Shown here in pieces: positions 47,529 to 57,274 of a stretch of 64,000 bases of DNA. Location of the stretch: NCBI GenBank assembly GCA_002435915.1, contig DIWY01000003.1, forward strand, positions 73,369-137,368. The letters are read 5' to 3'. The first letter of the stretch is position 1; each line of letters opens with the position of its first letter. The stretch comes from Christensenella sp. UBA6094 (GTDB lineage Bacteria; Bacillota; Clostridia; Christensenellales; UBA6094). The translations under genes were made by a program, and so were the position numbers. The notes below the pieces were generated by a model, which was not told the origin of the DNA, searched no databases, and saw only the letters and a program-made list of their open reading frames with translations.

Positions 47529-47993
47529 TTAACCATTTACCACCGCACGAAAATTGAGTTCTATCGTATAGATTTTGTATATATACTGCAAGATGGAATA
47601 AGCAACACTTGTTAACCCTTCATTTATTTCTTCACGTGAAAATTCGCTTTTTTCTAAACTAGCATCGCTTAATGAATTTAACTTGGAATAGAAGTCAATT
47701 GCGAGTTCTAAATACCGTTTATTGGAAGGGTCAAGTTTATCAAACAATAAATTTTCGGCTTCATTAATTTTTCCACTATCTATCAATTCCGTTAGTTGCA
47801 AAAACAATAGGCCAGTATCTGATTGATTTGTTTCTTCTGATATTTGATAATCCGTCGATTCTTTATTAAAGATTATTTTGGCAAGCATTTTAGCCATGCC
47901 TTCAATTTGGCGTACTATCCAATCGTTTTTTAACAAAATAGCACCTGCTTTTTGTTTTGAATTATTGCTTGTATCCATTGTATCAAGACTCAT
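47529..47993 (-). CDS. Hypothetical helical protein (DUF6483-like by memory)
   Basis: The IVRQIEGMAKMLAKIIFNKE pattern is present. The start is uncertain (47978, 47993 or 48038). Confidence 0.4.
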   Translation of the reverse strand: MSLDTMDTSNNSKQKAGAILLKNDWIVRQIEGMAKMLAKIIFNKESTDYQISEETNQSDTGLLFLQLTELIDSGKINEAENLLFDKLDPSNKRYLELAIDFYSKLNSLSDASLEKSEFSREEINEGLTSVAYSILQYIYKIYTIELNFRAVVNG

Positions 47994-48160
47994 ACAAATA
48001 AAACAAGCAGAATGTATAGAAGAGAGTCTGCAATTCATAGGATAGCTTTTAGGATTAACTCTTTTAGAAATATTTACTGCCTAATATATGCCAGTATCAA
48101 TTTGATAGTAATACATATATTAACTATAGAAAACTGAAAATTTAATTACGTGGAGTAGAT

Positions 48161-48436
48161 ATGAAAGAGCTTAAAATAGAAACAGAATATGGAGCTTTCC
48201 CTATAGACCAAAAAATCACTGAAAAATACGATTTAAAATCAGGGATCAGATCGCCTTTTACACGCAGTCGTATTCTGGGTAAGAATGGTGAATATTTTCA
48301 GGAAGAAAATAAAGTAAAAGAATCAGAAGAACTTAAAATAGGACCTGAAGATGAGGCTGCAGAAACGAGTGACGGAGTGAAGTTCACAACAGCGGAAATA
48401 CTTGATATTTCTGCGGGAGTAGATTCATCAGTATAA
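48161..48436 (+). CDS. Hypothetical small acidic protein
   Basis: 91-aa ORF with RBS GGAG. No recognisable motif. Confidence 0.35.
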   Translation: MKELKIETEYGAFPIDQKITEKYDLKSGIRSPFTRSRILGKNGEYFQEENKVKESEELKIGPEDEAAETSDGVKFTTAEILDISAGVDSSV

Positions 48437-48491
48437 TAGGATTGCAAAAGCTCCTAATTATTTAAATTAGGAGCTTAATTTTATAAGTTAT

Positions 48492-48872
48492 TTACTTTTT
48501 CACAGAAGAGAGCAGAACGCATGCTTGTACAGTATCTATTCCAAGTTCCTCGGCCAACATTAATATTTCATCGTCATAGCTACCGGGCTGAAACCATGCA
48601 TATTTTATGCCCAGTTTCGCAGCTTCTTTAATTATAGGCGTGCCTATTTTAGTAGATACAACCATGTTCACAACTTCAGGGACTTCTGGTAATGCGGATA
48701 AATTACTATAGCATTTATCGTCATCGATTAAGTCGTATTTTGGGTTGACTGCATAAACTGTATATCCGTTATTCTTAAGGTGATGGTATAATTTATTTCC
48801 GTATTTTTCGGGGTCTTGAGTTGCACCAACTACCGCCCAAACTTTTTTATCAAACATAACATCTTCAAACAT
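48492..48872 (-). CDS. CoA-binding domain protein (YccU-like)
   Basis: The motif VWAVVGATQDPEKYGNKLYHHL...YAVNPKY is present. Confidence 0.8.
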   Translation of the reverse strand: MFEDVMFDKKVWAVVGATQDPEKYGNKLYHHLKNNGYTVYAVNPKYDLIDDDKCYSNLSALPEVPEVVNMVVSTKIGTPIIKEAAKLGIKYAWFQPGSYDDEILMLAEELGIDTVQACVLLSSVKK

Positions 48873-48992
48873 ATATTACCTCCTGCGTGCATTTTTACAA
48901 AAAAACTCATATAGACTTCTCTATTTATTTATAAACAATTTTATAGTAATTAATTCAATCTTAGATAAATATATAATAATTAAAATCAAATT

Positions 48993-49661
48993 TTACTGAA
49001 TAAGCCATTTTATGCCTTTAGTGATTCTTTCAGTGACATTTGCAAAATGATTTCCAGCATTCATTTCAAATATAACATCACTGCCTTGTGACCTTAAGAC
49101 TTCCTCAGCTTGTTGCGTGCAATTTTCTATAGTAGCCAGTCGCTCGTTTCTGGTCGCTTTTTCTTTATCGCCCAATGATATATATATTTTTGGCGTTTGC
49201 ACCTTTGGAAGGTTAGTCTGCATGAAATTCAACCATCCTTCATACCACAAAGAGCCGGACATAGAGCCAATCATATTAAAAATATCTGTTTTGTAAAGAG
49301 CGTATAACGCAAACAGCCCACTCAACGAATATCCAATGAGTCCTCTGCCTGCAAGTTCATAGCTTATCTCTTTTTCTACTTCGGGTACGATATCGCTTAC
49401 TAGCATAGCTAGATAATCATCAGCTCTACCGCTAAAATCTTCGCCACCTTTAAAAACTTTTAAAGCAGGCCATGGAGACATGTCTTTGTTCCAATCAGTA
49501 CTTTGTATGCAAACTAGTATAAAATTCTTATTGCTAAGATTCCAAATATCATCGGAAGTGCTTTCCTCACTGGAGTGCATATATAAAATAGGATATCTTT
49601 TGCCTCCATCAGGTTCATATACGAGAATACTGTGCTCTGATATATTTATTTCTTTTTCCAT
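48993..49661 (-). CDS. Alpha/beta hydrolase (putative esterase family)
   Basis: Nucleophile elbow GYSLSG. 222 aa. Confidence 0.75.
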   Translation of the reverse strand: MEKEINISEHSILVYEPDGGKRYPILYMHSSEESTSDDIWNLSNKNFILVCIQSTDWNKDMSPWPALKVFKGGEDFSGRADDYLAMLVSDIVPEVEKEISYELAGRGLIGYSLSGLFALYALYKTDIFNMIGSMSGSLWYEGWLNFMQTNLPKVQTPKIYISLGDKEKATRNERLATIENCTQQAEEVLRSQGSDVIFEMNAGNHFANVTERITKGIKWLIQ

Positions 49662-49781
49662 ATTGCACTCACAATCAACAAATTTACTTACTTCTTAACT
49701 AAATTATATTACCACAAAATTATATTGCAATATTTAAAAAATACTTTTAGACAATTACTTGCTTAAGCTTTGGAAAGAAGT

Positions 49782-50285
49782 CTATAATTCAAGGTTGGAT
49801 TTCAGTTGATCTAGTATTTTTATGCGCTTAAGTACGCCAACTAATATGATTGCGATGGTAGAACCGCAGAGCGAACTAATAATAAACGGGAAAACGTAAG
49901 CAAAAAGCGCTGCTTGCTTTGACATGAGCATTGTAACTATAGGGTAAGCTGCAAGCGCACCCAAAATGCCAGTTCCTATTACTTCACCCGCATATGCAAG
50001 ATAAAGTTTTTGAGAGTATTTATAGAGTAGTCCGCAGCATAAAGCTCCAATCATACTGCCTGGAAAAGCTAGCATACTGCCTGTGCCTAGTAGCAAACGC
50101 AATGTAGACGTGGCAAAAGCAGCTTCTACAGCGTAAGCAGGTCCTAGAAAAACACCAGCAATTATATTGATCATCGATTGAACAGGAAAACATTTTGCTG
50201 CGCCTATTGGAATATAGAATGCTGAAGTAACAACACCTATAGCTACAAGCATACTTGCAACACCAAGTTTTTTAACATTTATCAT
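49782..50285 (-). CDS. thiW: ECF-transporter S component ThiW (thiazole precursor)
   Basis: The start MINVKKLG is at 50285. Six-TM small protein with a ThiW-like sequence. Lies directly downstream of a TPP riboswitch. Confidence 0.8.
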   Translation of the reverse strand: MINVKKLGVASMLVAIGVVTSAFYIPIGAAKCFPVQSMINIIAGVFLGPAYAVEAAFATSTLRLLLGTGSMLAFPGSMIGALCCGLLYKYSQKLYLAYAGEVIGTGILGALAAYPIVTMLMSKQAALFAYVFPFIISSLCGSTIAIILVGVLKRIKILDQLKSNLEL

Positions 50286-50354
50286 TTTATTATCCCCTTG
50301 CAAAACTAAAAATGGGATATGCCACATATAGGCACATCCCAAAAAACAGCTAAG

Positions 50355-50450
50355 TTTTCGATCCCTACGTTGGCATTATCCAAATCAGGTTAATGGGTCG
50401 AAATTTACTCTAAATTTCCTCTCAGCCTGTATTACAAGCTCCCCGTTTTG
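50355..50450 (-). promoter_or_regulatory. TPP (THI-box) riboswitch
   Basis: The minus-strand RNA reads ACGGGGAGC...GGCUGAGAGG...CGACCC...AACCUGAUUUGGAUAAUGCCAACGUAGGGA. This matches the conserved THI element core. Confidence 0.9.
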
Positions 50451-50806
50451 TTATTCGATTTTTTTAAATATAGCATATGCGATAGATGCTGTCAATCGTA
50501 AGAAGGATATAAACGCAACTAACATTAACTTGAAGAATGAGAATAATTTCACCAAAATGCTTTTTTTATTGCCTAAATTACTCTGGTTAAACTAATGTGT
50601 GGCAAAGCATATGATTAGGCTATAAAAATGATAATTGCAAGATTGCTCAGATAAGTAATAATTCAACTGATAATGCAATAAAAATTATTGTGATGGTACA
50701 AATATTATTAAATATTGGCATACGTCACAGAATGCTAAAATGAAAACTGTAAAATTTTAGAGTTGATCTTCTGATCTATAAATATATTACAAAAAGGAGC
50801 AAGGAT

Positions 50807-52009
50807 ATGACGAACGAAGAGATACAAAAACAAACTCAACTACTCAAAGACTATGTAGTGGACTGCCGTCGTACAATACATCGGTTGGCAGAGGTAGGCC
50901 CTATGGAAGTAAAAACCAGTGCGTTTATTCAAAGTCAGATTGAAGAAGTCGGACTGCCTTTTGAAAAAGCGGGAAATACTGGGTTACTTGCTATTTTGGA
51001 CACAGGCAAGCCAGGACCGCATATTGCATTGCGTGCTGATATAGATGCGCTACCAATGCCTGAAAACCCTAATAACCTTGCAGGTCCAAGAGTTTGCGTT
51101 TCAGATGATCCAGGGACTTGCCACGCTTGTGGGCATGACGCACATTCTGCTATGTTGCTTGGTTCAATGTGTGCGCTAGTAGCCAACAAAGATACCCTAT
51201 GCGGAATAGTGTATTTCTGTTTTGAAGCTGGAGAGGAAAACGGAACTGGGATAGAAGATATGTTGGCAGCTCTTTCAAAATATAAGATCGATACAATATT
51301 GGGTATCCATGTGTATGCTTCACTTGAGTCAGGAAAAATCTGTGTCGATGCTGGACCACGTATGGCTGGCGCAGCTGGCATAGACATTAATTTCGTTGGT
51401 AAAGGTGGACATGGTTCACGTCCTGACCTATCTATTAACCCAGTTTATTGTGCAGCAAACTACTTGAATAATCTTGCAGTTGCATTTGCTAATCAGATTG
51501 ACGCAAACGAAACTGTTACTCTTGGAATTACTTCGATTCAGGGAGGGACAGTTGGAAATGTAATCCCAGATACTGCAAAGGTTCTTGGATCACTACGATT
51601 CTTTAACATGAAAGAGGGACAAAAAGGAGCAACTATTATAAGAGAAGTGGCAGAGCACACAGCAGCTATGCATCATTGTAAAGTAGAGTTCTCCGATAGA
51701 ACAAAGGTACTATTGGGACCAGTAACTAACGATGAGGCATGCTCAGCAATGGCAAAAGATGTACTACCTGAAGTGCTTCCAGAAGGAACCATATCATCAG
51801 CTGAAAAATGGTACGCATCAGAGAGTTTCGGTCGTTATTTAGAACTATATCCAGGTGTTTTCGCTTTTCTTGGCATCAAAAACCCTGCTTACGGCAGCGG
51901 TGCACAACATCATAACGAATATTTTGATGTAGATGAAAATGTCCTTCCAATTGGTATGCTATCTACTCTAAAATATACAACAGCCTATATGGAAAATGGT
52001 TGTAAATAA
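50807..52009 (+). CDS. M20-family amidohydrolase (second copy)
   Basis: Motifs CHACGHDAHSAML and FEAGEE. Confidence 0.85.
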   Translation: MTNEEIQKQTQLLKDYVVDCRRTIHRLAEVGPMEVKTSAFIQSQIEEVGLPFEKAGNTGLLAILDTGKPGPHIALRADIDALPMPENPNNLAGPRVCVSDDPGTCHACGHDAHSAMLLGSMCALVANKDTLCGIVYFCFEAGEENGTGIEDMLAALSKYKIDTILGIHVYASLESGKICVDAGPRMAGAAGIDINFVGKGGHGSRPDLSINPVYCAANYLNNLAVAFANQIDANETVTLGITSIQGGTVGNVIPDTAKVLGSLRFFNMKEGQKGATIIREVAEHTAAMHHCKVEFSDRTKVLLGPVTNDEACSAMAKDVLPEVLPEGTISSAEKWYASESFGRYLELYPGVFAFLGIKNPAYGSGAQHHNEYFDVDENVLPIGMLSTLKYTTAYMENGCK

Positions 52010-52232
52010 GATGAATCATCCATTAAAATGTTCTTTAATTTGCACCGTTAGGGTAAGCGGTACATGGATTTAGTCTGATTTCCATGTAGGTATCAGATAG
52101 ATAAAATACATCTCATGATAAGAAATCAGAGTTTAAACTGTCACATAAAAAACATAATGTGCAGAATAAGCTAGCAAAAACTATTTCATTAATAACCCTG
52201 CGGAGCCTAATAAAAATAAAAGGAGGATTATT

Positions 52233-53654
52233 ATGTCAAGTGAAACCTTGAAACCCAAAAAGAAATTTGCCATGCCTCACCTGTTTTGGATTATGATGGG
52301 TCTACTGCTGCTTACAAGTTTGCTAACCTACGTTATTCCTGCAGGGCAGTTTGCTGTTGATCCGACAACAAAGAAAATTATCGGCACAGAGTTTAATTAT
52401 TTGGGGCATCAGACTCCAGTAAGCCCGCTAGCCACATTAATGTTAATTCTTGATGGACTTGTAAGCTCAAGTAACATCGGCTGGGCGGTCTTATTATCAG
52501 GCGCAATGATCGTTATCATAATTGGTACAGGTGCTATTGATGAGTTTCTTAACTGGGCAATTTATAAGCTGAAAGACAGAAATGAGAACATACTGATTTC
52601 AGGAATGTTCATACTAATGGTTTATCTAGGAGCTTTCGGCGGTACAGATGCAATGATAGCCGTTGTTCCAATTGGTGTAATGTTCTGTAGGAAAATCAAA
52701 CTAGACCCGATATGTGCGATTGGCGTAACAACATACGCAACATTATTGGGCTTTGGCACTGGCCCAACTAAACAGATGATTACTCAAATGCTAATGGGCG
52801 TAAGAATTTACGGCGCGTTTTTTACCATGTTCATTTCAATGAATTTCTTTATGATAATTGGACTATTTTTTCTGCTAAGATATGTTAAAAAGATCCGCAA
52901 AGACCCTGCAAAATCTCTTATGTTTGATGAAGGATGGAGACCTAACGCAGAAATATCTGTAGAAGGCGAAGCAACATTAATCAAAGAAGTAACACTTTCA
53001 TGGCGTACAATACTAATTTTAACTATCTATATGGGACAGTTTGTATTCCTAGTTGCATATCCATTGATAACTGGCAATAGTAGTATATTGTTACAATTGA
53101 TGGCTGCTACCGCTATAGTCGTTTCTATAGTATGCGGCTTTATAGGTAAGTTCTCTTTTGACAAATTAGGTAATGAGTTTGCAAAAGGACTTTCTACTAT
53201 GGCATTCGTAGCTTTCGTAATTGGTATAGCAAAGGTAATGAGTATGGTTATGACAAACGGCAATATTCTACATACTATCGTTTATTCACTCACATTGCCA
53301 TTGATGAACATGCCACTTGCAGTATCCAGTATGGGCATGACTGGCGTAATATCTGCAGTCAATTTTATAATCCCATCTGCTAGTTCCAAAGCTGCTATAT
53401 TGGTTCCGATTCTAAAGCCAATAAGCGATGTTCTGGGCTTAAAGCCAGAAATTGCAGTTCAAGCTTTCCAATACGGCGATGGTTTCACAAATATGATTTC
53501 TCCTTTCCTAGCATGGACTGTTGGTTCTTGCGTAATGGCTGGGGTGCCTTTCCCTAAGTGGCTAAAATGGGTTGTGCCTAAGGTAATTGCTTTCCTTCTA
53601 ATCAGTGTTGTAATTATGTATATTCTTACTGCTACAGGGTGGACTGCATTCTAA
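52233..53654 (+). CDS. YfcC-family (DcuC-like) membrane carrier
   Basis: 473 aa, polytopic. The N-terminus PHLFWIMMGLLLLTSLLTYVIPAGQF is typical of YfcC. Probably forms an operon with the upstream amidohydrolase. Confidence 0.7.
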   Translation: MSSETLKPKKKFAMPHLFWIMMGLLLLTSLLTYVIPAGQFAVDPTTKKIIGTEFNYLGHQTPVSPLATLMLILDGLVSSSNIGWAVLLSGAMIVIIIGTGAIDEFLNWAIYKLKDRNENILISGMFILMVYLGAFGGTDAMIAVVPIGVMFCRKIKLDPICAIGVTTYATLLGFGTGPTKQMITQMLMGVRIYGAFFTMFISMNFFMIIGLFFLLRYVKKIRKDPAKSLMFDEGWRPNAEISVEGEATLIKEVTLSWRTILILTIYMGQFVFLVAYPLITGNSSILLQLMAATAIVVSIVCGFIGKFSFDKLGNEFAKGLSTMAFVAFVIGIAKVMSMVMTNGNILHTIVYSLTLPLMNMPLAVSSMGMTGVISAVNFIIPSASSKAAILVPILKPISDVLGLKPEIAVQAFQYGDGFTNMISPFLAWTVGSCVMAGVPFPKWLKWVVPKVIAFLLISVVIMYILTATGWTAF

Positions 53655-53904
53655 AAAGTTATTGTAATAACGAAAGAAGTAAATAAAATACCAGAAAAAT
53701 AAAACTATATATTCGTAATTCATAAAGGAGTGGATTTATCCACTCCTTTATGCGTATTATGGTTTAGTAAAAAATAATAATTCACTAAAATGCGAAAGAA
53801 TTATAAAGTAATTTAATCAACCTATTTTAACAATAGAGCCGAGTTCATATTGTTAATGAAATAAAAAAAGAAGGAGTTTAATAACCTCTTCTTTAAATTA
53901 TGTT

Positions 53905-54930
53905 TTATTCTATTACTTGAATCCAGCCTTCGGGAGCCTCGATTTGTCCCATTTGGATTCCAGTTAGTGTATCATATAGTTTTTTTGTTATTGGGCCCAT
54001 GCCTTGCATACTGTTGATCATACAGATTTCATTGCCATGGTCTACAATTTTGCCAACTGGAGAAATAACAGCAGCTGTACCGCAGAGACCACATTCTACA
54101 AAGTCTTTAACTTCACTGAAATATATTTCTCTTTCTTCTACTTCAAGACCTAAATACTCTTTTGCGATATATAGTAGGGACTTACGAGTGATAGAAGGGA
54201 GGATGCTATCAGACTTTGGCGTTACTAGTTTATTGTCTTTTGTAACAAATATGAAGTTTGCGCCGCCTGTTTCTTCAACCTTAGTATGAGTTGCAGCATC
54301 AAGATATAAGTTTTCATCAAACCCATTTTTATGTGCTGTAACAATAGCATGAAGGCTCATAGCATAGTTTAGTCCTGCCTTGATATCTCCTGTTCCATTT
54401 GGTGCTGCGCGATCAAAATCGCTGACGCAAATGTTTAACGAACGAACGCCGCCTTTAAAGTAAGGGCCAACAGGAGTAACTAATATACGGAATTGATACT
54501 CTTTAGATGGAGCAACGCCGATTACTGGGCCACTTCCAAATAAATAAGGACGGATATAAAGCGTAGCGCCTGAACCATATGGAGGGACATACGCTGCATT
54601 TGCCTTAACGACCTTAATGACCGCATCAATAAATCTATCTTTTGAGAATACAGGCATCTCCAACCTTTTTGCAGTGTTTGCCATACGCTCTGCATTCATA
54701 TCGGGGCGGAAGGCCACGATATGCCCATCTTTCGTCGTATATGCTTTTAATCCTTCGAAACAAGATTGACAATATTGAACAACGCCTGCGCATTCGCTGA
54801 TTGTCATATTAGGATCATCTGATAGACTGCCTTCATCCCAGGCTCCATCGCGGTAATGAGAAACATACCTCTTATCTGTTACACGATAGCTGAAATCAAG
54901 GTTCGCCCAATCATAGTTCTTCTTTTCCAT
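53905..54930 (-). CDS. ilvE: Branched-chain amino acid aminotransferase
   Basis: 341 aa, class IV aminotransferase. Motifs CFEGLKAY and TLYIRP. Confidence 0.9.
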   Translation of the reverse strand: MEKKNYDWANLDFSYRVTDKRYVSHYRDGAWDEGSLSDDPNMTISECAGVVQYCQSCFEGLKAYTTKDGHIVAFRPDMNAERMANTAKRLEMPVFSKDRFIDAVIKVVKANAAYVPPYGSGATLYIRPYLFGSGPVIGVAPSKEYQFRILVTPVGPYFKGGVRSLNICVSDFDRAAPNGTGDIKAGLNYAMSLHAIVTAHKNGFDENLYLDAATHTKVEETGGANFIFVTKDNKLVTPKSDSILPSITRKSLLYIAKEYLGLEVEEREIYFSEVKDFVECGLCGTAAVISPVGKIVDHGNEICMINSMQGMGPITKKLYDTLTGIQMGQIEAPEGWIQVIE

Positions 54931-55036
54931 AGCTAGTACTCCTCCTTTATAATTATATAAAATGGTAAACTATTCTGTTTGCCAGGGTTTAAAATTCGTA
55001 GAGAATATTCTTAATACAGTGTGGATTAATGATATT

Positions 55037-55275
55037 AAAAAAGTCCTAAGCTGCTTAATACAGCTTAGGACGAATAAAAATCCGTGTTACCACCTAAATT
55101 CAGAGAATACTCTGCACTCTAACGATACTATAATATCGTTTCCGTCATTACGGTCGGAAATCCGGTAAAGCTTACTCAACTAATATTATTCAGCTTAACG
55201 GCTCAGAAATGATCTCCAAGTTTTCCTCACGAAGATTTACACCAGCCATCTTCTCTCTGCGCATATAAAAAACGA
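55037..55275 (-). promoter_or_regulatory. T-box leader with terminator upstream of ilvE
   Basis: The minus-strand T-box sequence AAUUUAGGUGGUAACACGG lies at + strand 55081-55101. The terminator pairs GTCCTAAGCTG with CAGCTTAGGAC (55043-55071) and is followed by a U-run. A GA-motif stem GCGCAGAGA...UCUGAGC lies at the 5' end. Confidence 0.8.
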
Positions 55276-55524
55276 GTATTGTTTTCATCATTGCCTTTAA
55301 CAGTTTTTCTAATAATTGTAGTAATTATAACTAACACATAGTGAATAGTCAATACTTCAAACTAAAAGAAGCCTAAGGATTGTATAAAAATCCATATATA
55401 ATTGATGCCTTTATTTATTGCTATGTGATTTGATCACAGAATGTAAATATAGTATTTAATATAATGCATACAGAAGCTAAATAAGAAGAAACAAATTATT
55501 ATGAAAAATGAGGAGTAACTAAAT

Positions 55525-55779
55525 ATGATCAATAATATTTTTGGTTTATTCAAAAATAATGATAACGAAGAAGAAACCAGCAAAGATAATGCAGATAAAA
55601 TTTTGTATGTAGACAATTACAGATGCCCTGAGAATCACCGTTGTCCTTCAATAAGGGTATGTCCCGTTGGGGCACTGACACAGGAAAGATATGAAGCACC
55701 TAAGGTGGATATGGAAAAATGCATTAAATGTGGTAAATGCGTAAAGTATTGTCCGATGAGAGCAATAAGCTTAAAATAA
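55525..55779 (+). CDS. Small 4Fe-4S ferredoxin-domain protein
   Basis: Cys clusters CPENHRCPSIRVCP and CIKCGKCVKYCP. Confidence 0.65.
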   Translation: MINNIFGLFKNNDNEEETSKDNADKILYVDNYRCPENHRCPSIRVCPVGALTQERYEAPKVDMEKCIKCGKCVKYCPMRAISLK

Positions 55780-55861
55780 AACAGTATTGTGACACAATCA
55801 CAGATCAAATATAAAATGCAAGATAAAATAATAATATAAATATACAAAGGAGCTGAACGTT

Positions 55862-56173
55862 ATGTCAGTAATAACAATCACAAAAGAAAACTTCGAAAAT
55901 GAGGTTATAAAGTCAGACAAACCAGTTTTAATTGACTTCTGGGCTTCATGGTGTGGACCATGCCGAATGGTTTCTCCAGTTATAGATCAAATCGCAGAAG
56001 AAAACACAACTTTTAAAGTTGGTAAAGTAAATGTAGATGAGCAGGGAGAGCTTGCTCAAGCATTCAAAGTTATGAGCATACCTACTTTGGCGGTTGTAAA
56101 AGATGGCAAAATAACTGCTCAGGCAGTTGGTGTAAAGCCAAAGGCGCAAATACTTCAAATGATAAACGAATAA
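55862..56173 (+). CDS. trxA: Thioredoxin
   Basis: 103 aa with the WCGPC active site. Confidence 0.93.
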   Translation: MSVITITKENFENEVIKSDKPVLIDFWASWCGPCRMVSPVIDQIAEENTTFKVGKVNVDEQGELAQAFKVMSIPTLAVVKDGKITAQAVGVKPKAQILQMINE

Positions 56174-56174
56174 G

Positions 56175-56208
56175 AAAAAAGGTTCGAGGATTTAACTCGA
56201 ACTTTTTT
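56175..56208. terminator. Bidirectional terminator between trxA and the Crp/Fnr gene
   Basis: GTTCGAG (56181-56187) pairs with CTCGAAC (56195-56201). The hairpin is flanked by an A-run and a T-run. Confidence 0.75.
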
Positions 56209-56879
56209 TATATCATTTTTCTTAGCTTTTGCTTATCTTTAATAAAAACTCCGCCACGATATAGTTCCACAAGTCCATCGTTTTCAAAATGGTTGAGCAT
56301 TCGCGTCACAACTTCGCGTGCAGAGCCCATATATTTTGCAATTTGCTCATGTGTAAGTTTTATATCATCTGAATTTGTTTTAACAGCCTCATCAATTAAA
56401 AATGAGGCTAATCTTTTGTCAAAGCTTAAAAACAATATTTGTTGCATGGCCCACATAACATCAGAGAATTTATCAACTGTGGTATGCAGAGCAAAATTTT
56501 CAACGTATATATTTTGAGATTGAAGCTTGGAAAAGATAAAGGAATTAATAAGTAATATGTCAGTTTCAATTTCTGCATCAATGTGAACGTCGAAGCTAAT
56601 ATTATTTATAAGGCAGGAGGCGGAGAGGATACACACTTCTCCGGCATTCAGTCTATATAAAGTGATTTCTTTTCCTTCTTCGGATAAAATATATGTACGA
56701 AGCTCTCCAGATTTAATAATCATAACACCAATGCAGTCGTTATCAGCACTGTGAACGTTAGAGCCTTTTTTATAATGAACTTCAGAAACATTCTCAAGTA
56801 GCAATGTTTTTTCTTCTTCACAGAGATTATCCCAAAAATAAAATGCACTTTTTAATATAAACTCATCTTCTTTATCCAT
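56208..56879 (-). CDS. Crp/Fnr family transcriptional regulator
   Basis: cNMP-binding-like beta-roll plus a C-terminal HTH (THEQIAKYMGSAREVVTRML). ATG at 56879 follows GGAGAG. The ORF track extends to 56912. Confidence 0.8.
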   Translation of the reverse strand: MDKEDEFILKSAFYFWDNLCEEEKTLLLENVSEVHYKKGSNVHSADNDCIGVMIIKSGELRTYILSEEGKEITLYRLNAGEVCILSASCLINNISFDVHIDAEIETDILLINSFIFSKLQSQNIYVENFALHTTVDKFSDVMWAMQQILFLSFDKRLASFLIDEAVKTNSDDIKLTHEQIAKYMGSAREVVTRMLNHFENDGLVELYRGGVFIKDKQKLRKMI

Positions 56880-57274
56880 TTCTTCACTCTCCAGTTTCTC
56901 TATTGAAATCAAGCTGTTAAAATTCCACTATTTTGAATTAGTATATTCTAAACGCAATAGATTAACAACGGCATATAACACTTTAAAAGTTAATATGAGC
57001 TTTTGTGCAACGTTAATTGAGGGCGGGATGTAGTTGTCTGTATTATAATTTTTATAGTACTTCTATTTAGCGTTAAGAATTAAAGCAATTCTTTTTTGTT
57101 TTTTATATTTACAGTCGAATGATGTGTTTCTGTTAAAATGTAATTGGTCGTGGCAATATCTTGTCGAAATACATTTATGCTTTTGCAATAAAACAAGATA
57201 TAATAAGCGTATATGTCATATGTTTAAGTTTTAAAGCGTAAGCAAAGTAATGAACAAAAAAAGGTGATGAGAGA

